DNA from: Sedimentisphaerales bacterium
GTDB lineage: Bacteria; Planctomycetota; Phycisphaerae; Sedimentisphaerales; SM23-30
Strand: one strand, 5' to 3'
Assembly: GCA_963666285.1 (NCBI GenBank)
Contig: OY762711.1
Length of the DNA stretch: 64,000 nucleotides
The position numbers were made by a program, and so were the translations under genes. The notes beneath the pieces were generated by a model. That model made no database searches. It saw only the letters and a program-made list of their open reading frames with translations, and was not told the origin of the DNA. This document shows positions 40,522 to 50,909 of the stretch, in pieces; position 1 is the first letter of the stretch, and every line of letters starts with the position of its first letter.

Positions 40522-42903
40522 CTATCTCGCAGTATCATTGTCTATGAAAAAATCTGTAGCAGATGGAGGACAATCTCCAGATGAAGCTCCCCATCTTTTT
40601 TGGGGGGCCGCTCCCAACTCTAACACAAGTTTGCCACCTTCTGCAAAATTTAAATGTGGAAACCAGCACTTGTTCCAATTCAGACCGTTCAACTTGGCAG
40701 ATTGGATATAAATATTCTTTTCTGAATTATTTTTGGAAATAATTTCAAAAGTATTTCCAGGATAATAGCGATTATCCAACATAATTACAACGTGATCAAA
40801 AATCGGGCTTGTAATCTCATACGTCGGATAAATATCACAACCTCCATTCATTTCGAATAAACCAATAGCCATTAACACTCCAAGCGCCCCCATTTGCCCC
40901 TGATCTTCATCGCCGTTATAGCCACTGTCAGGAGTTATACCCCCAAATGTTATATCTTTAACTTTCCTGACCCATTTTTGCGACAACCATGGAGTGCCGC
41001 AAAAATTAAATAAATGAGCCATTTGAGTTCCAGGCTGATTGCTGTAATCTACCATACTATCTTTGCCTGTAAATCGTTTTGACTCCGAAAATTCAAAACA
41101 TTGATTCAATCTATCAGAATAAACACTATTTCCCCCGAATAATTGTATTAGCCCCTTCATATCATGCGGAACATAATTTGAGTAAATTACAGATGAGCTT
41201 TCGCAGAAATCATGCTTTGATAACGGATCAAAATCCGGACTGAATACACCATCTGCTGTTCTAGGATGCATATATCCGACTTCCGGATCCCACATATTCT
41301 TATAATTATACGCTCTTTTCATAAACAATTCATAATCGTCCATTTTATTCAATGATTTTGCCAATTGGGCAAGGCACCAATCCTGGTAAGCATATTCCAA
41401 GGTCATCGACGCTCCATCGTTATGATAACCTTTGCTCTTTATATTGTCAGGAATATAGCCCTGTTTAACATAATCCGGCATGCCGCCACCAACAGGTTTA
41501 TCAGTGAATTCATAGCTGGACCAGTCACGCAATCCTCCCGGAAATGCATTTTTTCGTAGCCCTTCATAAGCTTTCTGCACATCATAATTACGAATACCCT
41601 TATTATACGCACAGGCAAAAAACGATACAGCTGGATCACCGATCATTACATGGGTATAATTCCCCCCAGATGGGCCACGAGGGATATAACCACCATCCTC
41701 GTACATTGACACCATCGTATTGGCAAAACCATCCATAAGCTCCGGATAAACCATTGACCATAAAACATTCAACGTCCAGTGTACTCCCCACAAAGCATCA
41801 AAATTATAATGCGGAAATCGTGGTTTGCCATCTGCATCCAATGGTACTGTACGAACAATTGCTTTGCCGCTAGTCATATCACAATATTTACCATCAACAT
41901 CACTGACAATTCTGCGTCCCAGTAATGAATGCCATAAATCTGTATAAAACTTTATTTTTTGCTTATCAGAACCACCATCAACCATGATCCTGCTCAACCA
42001 CCTGTTCCACTGCCGCTGTGAATCATATACTACCTGATTAAAATCCCAGCCAGGCAATTCTGTTTCCAGATTTTTTCGAGCCTGCCCCATCGAGGTATAT
42101 GAAATCGCAACTTTAAGCAAAACCTGTTCATCCTTCTTAGTAGTAAATTTCGCATAGCCCCCAATATTAATACCTTTAATTTCATCTGACTGAGCCAGAA
42201 TTCCATCCTGCCATACGCCAAATTCACAGAATGGTTTATTAACCTCAGCAGAAAAATATATATAAGGTTCATGACATCGTCTTTTTGTACGCTTCTGAGC
42301 AGAGTAACCTTCAATCCTGTATTGATCTATCCTGCGTATATAAGCGATGCTGGTATCACTATGTGCCAGTACCGCTCCAATATCAAAAATAATATAACTC
42401 TTCGCTGACTCTGGGAAAGTATAACGGTGAAATCCTACACGCTCTGTTGAAGTCAATTCCGCCGTGATATTGTATGTATCCAAATGCACTCTATGGTAAC
42501 CAGGCTCAACAATTTCATTATCATGTGTAAACGCTGACTGATACTGATCCATTCCAAGATGACCGTTAAACTCACCCGTGGTAGGCAAAACAGCAATTCC
42601 GGCAAGCTGCCAGGCATGAACGTGACTGAAACAGCGTATTTTCGAATCATGGTAAAGATAACCGGAATTCCAGCTGCCCTCTGTATCTGTATCCGGGCTT
42701 AAATTCACCATTCCAAACGGACGACAAGCAGATGAAAAATAAAACCATCTGGAATCACTTGTCCCAATTGTCGGGTCTACCCACTTCAAAGGGACCATTT
42801 GACTCGCACACCCAACGGTATCAGTTGTATCAATGCCAAAAGCAGTATTAAAGGCAAACAATACAATAAATAACAACACAATATTTCTGTTCATATGGAT
42901 CAT
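40522..42903 (-). CDS. GH92 alpha-mannosidase
   Basis: WVDPTIGT, PFGMVNLSPDT, MIGDP, TLEYAYQDW, NQPG, GDEDQGQMGA and NIYIQSAKLNG. Confidence 0.9.
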   Translation of the reverse strand: MIHMNRNIVLLFIVLFAFNTAFGIDTTDTVGCASQMVPLKWVDPTIGTSDSRWFYFSSACRPFGMVNLSPDTDTEGSWNSGYLYHDSKIRCFSHVHAWQLAGIAVLPTTGEFNGHLGMDQYQSAFTHDNEIVEPGYHRVHLDTYNITAELTSTERVGFHRYTFPESAKSYIIFDIGAVLAHSDTSIAYIRRIDQYRIEGYSAQKRTKRRCHEPYIYFSAEVNKPFCEFGVWQDGILAQSDEIKGINIGGYAKFTTKKDEQVLLKVAISYTSMGQARKNLETELPGWDFNQVVYDSQRQWNRWLSRIMVDGGSDKQKIKFYTDLWHSLLGRRIVSDVDGKYCDMTSGKAIVRTVPLDADGKPRFPHYNFDALWGVHWTLNVLWSMVYPELMDGFANTMVSMYEDGGYIPRGPSGGNYTHVMIGDPAVSFFACAYNKGIRNYDVQKAYEGLRKNAFPGGLRDWSSYEFTDKPVGGGMPDYVKQGYIPDNIKSKGYHNDGASMTLEYAYQDWCLAQLAKSLNKMDDYELFMKRAYNYKNMWDPEVGYMHPRTADGVFSPDFDPLSKHDFCESSSVIYSNYVPHDMKGLIQLFGGNSVYSDRLNQCFEFSESKRFTGKDSMVDYSNQPGTQMAHLFNFCGTPWLSQKWVRKVKDITFGGITPDSGYNGDEDQGQMGALGVLMAIGLFEMNGGCDIYPTYEITSPIFDHVVIMLDNRYYPGNTFEIISKNNSEKNIYIQSAKLNGLNWNKCWFPHLNFAEGGKLVLELGAAPQKRWGASSGDCPPSATDFFIDNDTAR

Positions 42904-42941
42904 AAACTCTCAACTATAAAAAATATCACAAGAAAAACATC

Positions 42942-45272
42942 TTATTGGCCATACCAGAATGAAAATTCTGCCCAATCCAGAAGATTTACAACATTGTCAT
43001 CATCTTTAACTATATCCGCTGAAACATCAGGGCCAATATATATATCACCATTTGTATCTGCTCCCGCAGCCAGATATGAAATCTCGCTTTCAGTTATCTG
43101 ACGATCATAGATCCGCAATTCATCAATTGCTCCATCTAAATAACGACTAGTGGAATATTTACCTATTGCTAATGGCCCAAACCAACACGAAGTCATCTGG
43201 CTAAGGGAAACTTTACTATCAAGCTTACCATCTATGTAAAATTTAACTTCATTTGGACTTGTACTATATACTACTGCAACATGATACCATCTATTTGTCA
43301 CAAACATATCAGTAGTATATGCAGTTTCTCGATCACTTGAATTATATATTTCAACTCTTATTGTATTATCATAACGTACACATATCTGAACACTGCCGGG
43401 ATACTTGTTTTCATCGCCAATAATATTCATCATATAGGAAGCTACAGGTGTCATTTCAGGAAACCTGTCCATTTTGCACCAGAATGCAACTGTCCATTCA
43501 TCCAAAACCTGTTCATATTCACTACCTCCGGAATAGTTTACCGACGATATTATTGCCTCATCTATACCATCAAAATTACATGCATTACCAATAACACCAT
43601 CAGTCAATTTACCACTGCTTTGCGTATCATCAAAGGACCATCTGGCAATAAGACCATCATTGATAGTTGAACAAGACAGTGTCTGCCCTTTTGCAAGCCA
43701 ATTCTGGCAAAAATCAGACATATCATTAATATCTACACTGTTATCAGAATTTAAATCAGCTTTATTGTAGCGTGGAAAATAAAGATGAGCCGCAACAGGA
43801 TAATGATCCGATGGATACAATTCCGGACTCCCTAAAGTGCCGCGTTCAATGGAAACACCTGAACAAATGAAGCTACCATAACCAAAAATATAGTCGATCC
43901 TATTGCCTTCATATAATCCAGTATAACTACTGGTGGTTCGTTCTACAGTTTGTTCAATCGGATAAATCTCACGAAAGAAATCACGAAGACAAATTTCATT
44001 CTGATATTGCTGTGCAGTAAAAACCTTGTAAGGTGTATCATCTGCCGTAGAGTTCATATCCCCCATTACAATAATAGGATATTGCCCAGGATCAATCAAC
44101 GTACTGATTTTATCCATAATAACCTGTGAAGCGTAGCCACGTGCTTCGTCACTTACATGCGAAAAATGTGTATTTAGAACAAAATAATCAAGATTTGTCC
44201 TGACATCGTAAAGTATAATCCATGATGCCACGCGATTAAATTTTGCCCCGGAATATATAGAAACTTCATCCGGTGTCTCACTCAACCAGAACGTGCCGGA
44301 ATCCTTGCAGTTAAATCGCTCTTTCTTAAAGAAAATTGTATTATATGCATCAGAATGATAATCTACAACATACCCCTGATCAGATATGCCGGACCAGGAA
44401 TATCTGTCATCCAGACTGTGTATCAAATCAACAAGATTAGTCTTTAACTCTCCATCAATCAAATACCTGTTATTGTTGTTTACTTCTTGAAAACCAATAA
44501 TATCCGGGCCATCATCACCAAAAGACTGACTGGCAGAATTAATCATCTCAATCATTCTTTCTCGGCGAGGAGTGCTACCGGCAGGAACACTGACATAATT
44601 ATTATACGAGCTGGTCTCATTGTTACCACCACCTCTTATATTAAATGTCATAACGCCAAGATGCTGCCAAGCAGAATATTTTTGAAACTTTAATTTAACG
44701 GCAGGCATATTAGTTGAAGTTTTAGCCGTTGGTCCACAGGCATGATCTGTATTCCATATCTGGGGATCTAAATCAGATAAATCATTAACACCAGCATATA
44801 AAGTCCTAACCAAACCCAAATCTTCAACATAACAATAAAAACTGGAGCCATTGTATTTACTGCGATTAAAACTTACATCAATAATAAGATTTTTTTGACC
44901 ACTATAATAATAGGGACATTCAAAATCAACTCCTATCCACCCACTTCCCATCGGCCAGTTTCCATCATAAACAACAGTCCAACCATCGGAATCAAAAACG
45001 GCATCGCTGTAACAATCCAAATTAGTCTCTTTAATCCTAATCTTAAAATCGGTTATATCTTTAGTACTATTACATAAATTATAAGAAATGCCACTTATAT
45101 AACCACTGGTATTTATTTCATCTGAATGATATATAGTTTGTGTTCGACAATCAAAATATGAATTATGAAAAGGATAATTCCAGGATTGCGAACTTTCACC
45201 AACAGTTACCTCTTGCGATAAACAAGGAAAAGCAATAAAGATCGAAACTATGCAAAAGAATAAATACTTCAT
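42942..45272 (-). CDS. Secreted endonuclease/exonuclease/phosphatase (EEP) domain protein with LamG and dockerin-like repeats
   Basis: MTFNIR, PDIIGFQEV, NTHF, MGDMN, RIDYIF and SDHYPV catalytic motifs; ADLNSDNSVDINDM...W; LamG; terminal DDDNVVNLLDW. Confidence 0.85.
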   Translation of the reverse strand: MKYLFFCIVSIFIAFPCLSQEVTVGESSQSWNYPFHNSYFDCRTQTIYHSDEINTSGYISGISYNLCNSTKDITDFKIRIKETNLDCYSDAVFDSDGWTVVYDGNWPMGSGWIGVDFECPYYYSGQKNLIIDVSFNRSKYNGSSFYCYVEDLGLVRTLYAGVNDLSDLDPQIWNTDHACGPTAKTSTNMPAVKLKFQKYSAWQHLGVMTFNIRGGGNNETSSYNNYVSVPAGSTPRRERMIEMINSASQSFGDDGPDIIGFQEVNNNNRYLIDGELKTNLVDLIHSLDDRYSWSGISDQGYVVDYHSDAYNTIFFKKERFNCKDSGTFWLSETPDEVSIYSGAKFNRVASWIILYDVRTNLDYFVLNTHFSHVSDEARGYASQVIMDKISTLIDPGQYPIIVMGDMNSTADDTPYKVFTAQQYQNEICLRDFFREIYPIEQTVERTTSSYTGLYEGNRIDYIFGYGSFICSGVSIERGTLGSPELYPSDHYPVAAHLYFPRYNKADLNSDNSVDINDMSDFCQNWLAKGQTLSCSTINDGLIARWSFDDTQSSGKLTDGVIGNACNFDGIDEAIISSVNYSGGSEYEQVLDEWTVAFWCKMDRFPEMTPVASYMMNIIGDENKYPGSVQICVRYDNTIRVEIYNSSDRETAYTTDMFVTNRWYHVAVVYSTSPNEVKFYIDGKLDSKVSLSQMTSCWFGPLAIGKYSTSRYLDGAIDELRIYDRQITESEISYLAAGADTNGDIYIGPDVSADIVKDDDNVVNLLDWAEFSFWYGQ

Positions 45273-45317
45273 ATACAATACACCTCACCAAAAACTTGCT
45301 ATTTTTTCTTCCACACT

Positions 45318-45356
45318 AAAAAATAGCTGCCGAAGCCCGTAAACTCCGGCAGCTAT
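45318..45356 (-). terminator. Intrinsic terminator/attenuator between the 45372 and 45272 genes
   Basis: ATAGCTGCCG...CGGCAGCTAT stem followed by a T-run on the minus strand. Confidence 0.65.
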
Positions 45357-45371
45357 ACTAATAAACATCGA

Positions 45372-48032
45372 TTAGTAACACTCTGGATACAACCCGCAAT
45401 CCAGCCAATCAGCAGCTAATACGGCAAAGTCGGCCATATCAATGCGACAATATGAACTACCGGTATTAACTACATTAAAGTTTGAATTTGGAGCATCAAC
45501 ACAAACTGAAACTTGAGTTTCATTATAATAAAGCTTTGCAATATCCAAATCTGACAATGCGTAATTATAGATCCTCAAATCATCCACACCGCCTGAGAAA
45601 TTCCAATCGATTTCACCTCGCTTATTATCTGCCAGAACAGTCATGGGATGTTCCCATTCACCAAAGTTAACAACACTGCTAACATCACCAGTAGCAACCT
45701 TTTCGCCATCCGCATAAAAAGTAAGTGTTTCCCCGTCACTGGTTGCAACAATTAAATGCCATACATTATCTACAAGAGATAATGCACCACTATACATATT
45801 TAGAGAAACATTATTTTCATCTCTTATAAAACATTTGATTTTGGATGTATCAGACACACCAAATTCAATAGCACTGCGAGAATTATTATCTTCATCCGGC
45901 AACCCATTGAGTACACCAAATAATATACTGGTATCCATTTTTTCTGAAAAATTGATCCAGCAAGTATAAGTAAACTCATCCAAACCGTTACCAAAACCGG
46001 CCTTTGGATAAGAATCAGTAGTCAATTCAATATAATTTGCCCCATTAGGATCAGCTGCATAATACTGGCCATCTGTTGTGACAATACCACTGCCATATTC
46101 TAACGAACCATTTATCATAGTACCAGTATAACCGCTGACAGAATCCTCAATGCTCTGCTCAAACTTATATTCAGCAAGCAATTTTTTTATCGCAATATTA
46201 ATTTCACTTGAAGGTTCTGAATTGCCTCCATTATTTGTAGCAACACAGTAATAAGCACCTTCATATGCTTCAGACATAGAAATAATATCCAGAATGCTTT
46301 CAGTATTCGAATAACTTATTGATATATTACTGTCATTGCCTGGGTTCAACTCCTGTCCGTTACAATACCAGGTGACCTCATATACAGAAGTTGCTCCACT
46401 TTCATATGAAGCGGTCAATTGGGCCGAACTCCCCACATCAAATTTACCTTCACCACGTACTTCAGTCATAATCGGAATTGCATTGGGAGTAGAAAACGAC
46501 CAGGCCGGACCGGTAATTGTCTGCGAACTGCCAGTCACTTCATCTACACGCCAGACATAAGTTTTATCCATTTCCAATGAAATAGAATCCAAAGATGCAA
46601 TCTCTGAAACCGGATCGCCGGCACTAACAGTTCCTACCAAAACCATATTTGGCTCACTTTCACCCAAGTATACTAAATGACTGACAATATCAGTATTGAC
46701 CTGACCGGCAGTAGCAGCGTTCATACTCAAACCTGCATCCCAGCTCAGAGATACAGAAACCATGCTGTTCCCTAATGTTTCGCCAATATCTTCCTGAGTA
46801 TCATATGGATTAGGATTATGCGCAAATGGTAAATAGTAAATATATGTCAGATCTTCTACTGCATCATATTCATATACTGTTGCCTCTGGAGCATTAAACC
46901 AGGTCGCTTCTGCAAGCCCGGTCCAGTCACCTGCAAGTACAATTTCACCACCAGCCAGAACAAATTCCGCATCTACGTCCTCTGAATAGAGGATAATACC
47001 ACTCGCATTCAAAGTACCGGCTTCCATTCTGTAATAGCTACCCTCAGCTTCAGACGAATAACCCAAAGTTACATAACTGTCAACATTAACATTACCACCT
47101 GACTGAATAACCCTGCCGCGATATCCCTGGCCTACCACCAGCCCGCTGCCATCCATAATATTAACATTTCCACCATTGATTTCAGCATAGCCCATCTGAC
47201 CTTCACCACCAATAGCAGTTGCTCCGCTATCAAGGTTTGTAATATTAAGCGTACCACCGTTAACAATTAAGCTTGCTTCTCCTTCGAGCGCAGTACCACT
47301 ATCATCGTGGCCTACTGCAAATAGTTTAATACCTGAGAAATTTGCAGTACCTTTATCAATCTGAAATATCGATTCATTCATAATATATAAAGAACGTTCT
47401 TTATCTGGATTAACACTTGTATAATTCAACTCTCCGCCATTTACATAGAATGTTCCATCAGCTCCACCTTTACCTAAAAATTGATTGTACCAATCTGTAG
47501 TGCTGGCATTAGTAGTAACAGTAATATTTGCCTGGCCGCCAAGCAGATTATACGCACTACCATCTGTCGAAGCATTCTCCGTCACAAAGAAATTACCGTA
47601 AACATTTACATTCAATACTCCGCCTATCTGATTTATTGTGCCAACTGCGCTATTACCAACCCAGAAATATTTACCGGAGTGAGTAAAAACAGCATTATCA
47701 GCAATTGTAATGGTACATGCCCCACCATTTGCATTTCTAAAACGTTTATCACTTGGAGAACTTGGATTAGAGCCTAGAGTAAATGCGGCGTTATCAATAA
47801 AATAAGTATTTGCTCCACGATTAATACTATCAGAACGATAAACCACAGCATCATCACCAACTGTTACCTCATCTGAAGATTCGGGAACTGAATTTGTATC
47901 CCAATTTTCAGCATCATCCCATGACGTTGTTTCTGCCCCACCATCCCAGGTCGCTGCAGAGATATAAGATGTTACCATAAAACCAACACACAAAATAAAC
48001 ATAAGCTTTCGCACATTCAACATTTTACACAA
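45372..48032 (-). CDS. Secreted modular protein: passenger-like beta-helix head, FN3-like, Ig-like, LamG, dockerin-like C-terminus
   Basis: ATWDGG...WDDAENW; repeated Q.GG..N coils; YVWRVDE...WSFST; GAYYCVATN; GGVDDLRIYNYAL; CRIDMADF...WLDC. Confidence 0.8.
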   Translation of the reverse strand: MCKMLNVRKLMFILCVGFMVTSYISAATWDGGAETTSWDDAENWDTNSVPESSDEVTVGDDAVVYRSDSINRGANTYFIDNAAFTLGSNPSSPSDKRFRNANGGACTITIADNAVFTHSGKYFWVGNSAVGTINQIGGVLNVNVYGNFFVTENASTDGSAYNLLGGQANITVTTNASTTDWYNQFLGKGGADGTFYVNGGELNYTSVNPDKERSLYIMNESIFQIDKGTANFSGIKLFAVGHDDSGTALEGEASLIVNGGTLNITNLDSGATAIGGEGQMGYAEINGGNVNIMDGSGLVVGQGYRGRVIQSGGNVNVDSYVTLGYSSEAEGSYYRMEAGTLNASGIILYSEDVDAEFVLAGGEIVLAGDWTGLAEATWFNAPEATVYEYDAVEDLTYIYYLPFAHNPNPYDTQEDIGETLGNSMVSVSLSWDAGLSMNAATAGQVNTDIVSHLVYLGESEPNMVLVGTVSAGDPVSEIASLDSISLEMDKTYVWRVDEVTGSSQTITGPAWSFSTPNAIPIMTEVRGEGKFDVGSSAQLTASYESGATSVYEVTWYCNGQELNPGNDSNISISYSNTESILDIISMSEAYEGAYYCVATNNGGNSEPSSEINIAIKKLLAEYKFEQSIEDSVSGYTGTMINGSLEYGSGIVTTDGQYYAADPNGANYIELTTDSYPKAGFGNGLDEFTYTCWINFSEKMDTSILFGVLNGLPDEDNNSRSAIEFGVSDTSKIKCFIRDENNVSLNMYSGALSLVDNVWHLIVATSDGETLTFYADGEKVATGDVSSVVNFGEWEHPMTVLADNKRGEIDWNFSGGVDDLRIYNYALSDLDIAKLYYNETQVSVCVDAPNSNFNVVNTGSSYCRIDMADFAVLAADWLDCGLYPECY

Positions 48033-48108
48033 CCTTTCTTTTTGAATTCTTAAAATTAATAAAGAAAAACAATCAAAGCCTTTTAATAGTCAAAATACTA
48101 ATACAACG

Positions 48109-49245
48109 TTAAATACATTTGCGGCGTTTTAGGAACCACCCACCAACCATCATAAGTGTTATAGCTGCCGGTTCAGGCACAACAGTAACTTGAAGAGTCT
48201 GCCCACCATCGACAGCATCGACCACTGCATAGGAAAAATCGACATCGCCAAGACTAACAATTTCCAAATCTGTAGTATCAATTGTAGTAGCAGACCACAA
48301 AATATCATAAACATCACCTATAACACCATCGAAATCAGCTAATGTGTCAATTGCAAAAGTCCCACCAGTTATACTTGCACCTTTATAACTGTCATCACTT
48401 GTACCAAAAACATTGATTAATGTACTGCCTTCAGAATCCAGCTCAATAGCAAGAGTTTCATCATAAATAGAAAACTGTGCTATCGAAATATTAGTTGCCT
48501 CTGAGCCGCTAACAGTAAATGCGGAATTGGAACCACTGTACATACTCAAATAATTACTTACATCAAAAGTGCCGCCAGAAATTGTTATATTACCGGTTCC
48601 TCTTGAACCACTATCATTATTAGAGCCCGCTTTGATGCGAACAGCACCAAAAGAGCCATCAGATAAAATTAAATCAGTAGTTTGACCAACTCCATTGAAT
48701 CCAACATAAAGAGTTCCTGCAGTAACATTAACAGTTCCCCCTGTCTGATTAAAAATCGCACTTCCTCCGTTGCCAATATATGCATCATCACTAATAGCCA
48801 GGGAACCGCCGCTAATGTCATATACCGCCGAACCACCATCTTCGGAAATATACATCTTATTAACAGTTACAGAACCATCTGTCTGAGTAACTGTACCTGT
48901 TGTGCCTTCATCAGAAATATAATATTTATATGCAGAATAATCAGCAGATGTTATTAATGATCCACCATTAACATATAATCTTTCTACACGACCATCAGGA
49001 ACTGAATCACTGGTGATACGTGCTGTACCGTTTTCAATATAAGCATAAGACTTATTGGATTTATATGACCACGTGCCGTCATTGTTTGGATTGCCATCAA
49101 CCCAACCAGGAATCAGATAATCATTATCACCGGACCAATGGCCATCCATCCAATAACCGTCACTGCCGTCCCATGTAGATGAACCGGCATTTACAGATGT
49201 AAAACATGCCAGCAAAACCAAACAAATTAATAACTTCTTCATCAC
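48109..49245 (-). CDS. PEP-CTERM sorting domain protein with beta-helix-like repeats
   Basis: Signal peptide; QTDGSV/QTGGTV coils; C-terminal VPEP-AAITLMMVGGWFL-KRRK. Confidence 0.9.
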   Translation of the reverse strand: MMKKLLICLVLLACFTSVNAGSSTWDGSDGYWMDGHWSGDNDYLIPGWVDGNPNNDGTWSYKSNKSYAYIENGTARITSDSVPDGRVERLYVNGGSLITSADYSAYKYYISDEGTTGTVTQTDGSVTVNKMYISEDGGSAVYDISGGSLAISDDAYIGNGGSAIFNQTGGTVNVTAGTLYVGFNGVGQTTDLILSDGSFGAVRIKAGSNNDSGSRGTGNITISGGTFDVSNYLSMYSGSNSAFTVSGSEATNISIAQFSIYDETLAIELDSEGSTLINVFGTSDDSYKGASITGGTFAIDTLADFDGVIGDVYDILWSATTIDTTDLEIVSLGDVDFSYAVVDAVDGGQTLQVTVVPEPAAITLMMVGGWFLKRRKCI

Positions 49246-49319
49246 CTTAACTCCAATTAAACTATATTAATATTAGTAAAATACAGAACCTACTGTATAT
49301 GCATTAACATTCAATCCTG

Positions 49320-50459
49320 TCATACTCCCTCACTACTTTGACGTATGCACAATCTTGTTGGACATGCAAGATGAACAACAGAACGCAATTCTCTTCTTAA
49401 ATGCCTGTGTAATAACTCAGCACTGGAATATCCCACCTGTTCAGAATTCTGGTCGACACTTGAAAGAGGCACACTAACCCTTTCGCACATTGGTATATTC
49501 CCATATCCGGCAAGAAAAATATCTTCACCTATTTTAAGTCCAATTTCTTCTGCGGCAATATATATCCCTTTTGCTATATGATCTCCACTGGCAAATACAG
49601 AACATGGAAACTTTTTCACAGATTGCAAAAATCGCAAGGCTTCTTCTGTAATATCTTCTACGGCAAACCATTTATGGGTAAATAGCTCGGCCTCTTCCAC
49701 TCCCAGCCCATGAATATAATTGTTTGTGTCATAAAATCCATAATCACACATCGCCGATTTCCACCCTTCAAACCAACTGCGAGAAGAGCTTGGTGATTTA
49801 TACTGGCCAAAATAATAAACCGGCAAACCATGAACATCCAACAAATGAGAAACAATCTCAAATACACCCAAAAAATGATCTGCACTGACAGAGCTGGCAT
49901 TTACACCTGACAGTGTCCGGTCAACAAATACAATTTTTACACCATCATTAATAAGCATATTCAATATTTCTCTATATTCATCTAATTCGTATGGAGTAAC
50001 CAGTAACCCCTGATTATCAGCAACCGGATATTTCAATGCATCAAGATAGGAATCATGCGAACTGTTTGCATCACAAAGCGAAAAAGCGATATCATGTTCC
50101 AGGCAATACTTTTCAATACCTCTGGAAATTGCCCCCCATACAGAATTGATTCTTGGCCGAACAAAAGTTATCGCCAAGGTTTTATTATCCTCAATCCTTC
50201 GTTTTTGAGTAACAACAGCACCTTTATTTGGTATATACTTAACATAATTGTCACTTTCTAAGATATCATAAGCCATTTTCGCAGTACGATAACTTATGTT
50301 TAACATTTTGGATATTGTCGCTATTGAAGGCAAATTATAGCCATCATCAAGCTTTTCACTCTCTATCAAACCACGAATATTGCTTGAAATCTGCTGATAT
50401 AATGGCTGTTGCTTGCCTTTACTCCGATCAAGCGGCATACTTTCGATATTATCTGTCAT
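49320..50459 (-). CDS. GntR HTH + LacI-type sugar-binding domain regulator (AraR-like architecture)
   Basis: PLYQQI...LPSIATIS..L.IS..T...AY..L HTH; IVFVDR, D...A.G, GYGN, PLSSVDQ periplasmic-binding-protein fold. Start re-called to MTDN (50459). Confidence 0.87.
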   Translation of the reverse strand: MTDNIESMPLDRSKGKQQPLYQQISSNIRGLIESEKLDDGYNLPSIATISKMLNISYRTAKMAYDILESDNYVKYIPNKGAVVTQKRRIEDNKTLAITFVRPRINSVWGAISRGIEKYCLEHDIAFSLCDANSSHDSYLDALKYPVADNQGLLVTPYELDEYREILNMLINDGVKIVFVDRTLSGVNASSVSADHFLGVFEIVSHLLDVHGLPVYYFGQYKSPSSSRSWFEGWKSAMCDYGFYDTNNYIHGLGVEEAELFTHKWFAVEDITEEALRFLQSVKKFPCSVFASGDHIAKGIYIAAEEIGLKIGEDIFLAGYGNIPMCERVSVPLSSVDQNSEQVGYSSAELLHRHLRRELRSVVHLACPTRLCIRQSSEGV

Positions 50460-50909
50460 GCTTATCTCACTAAAACCAATATTTATACACAAAAAAGATA
50501 ATATTAAGATAACATAAATAAAACACATTGCACGTTAAAAATACGTTATTTTTATGTTAGCAATTATTAACAATTAATATAATTCCTGCCACCAAACAAA
50601 CATATCAAATTACCACACCATCTCTCTTCTCATTTATTACAACTTAAATAATTACTAAACAAATAGTTAACATATAATATCAATATACGCAACACAGAAA
50701 ATACAAACACAAGAACACACAAACAAGCAACAGTAAACACATACCCTATGTTTTCTTTTTATTTGCTTTATTTTTTCTTTTTTTTGGAAATTTGAGCGAT
50801 AAAAAATGAAGATTATAAGAAACTTGCTCTAATCCCTTGCTTTTACCTTTTATAATTCAAACAATCATTTTCACGCACATTATACCAAACTTCGCACACC
50901 GCTATCATT

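Noticed and set aside
31562..50645. Identical 15-mer CATTTATTACAACTT at ~31562 and ~50631
   Set aside because: AT-rich, in different contexts (gene 3' end versus promoter region) and with no extended similarity; plausibly chance.
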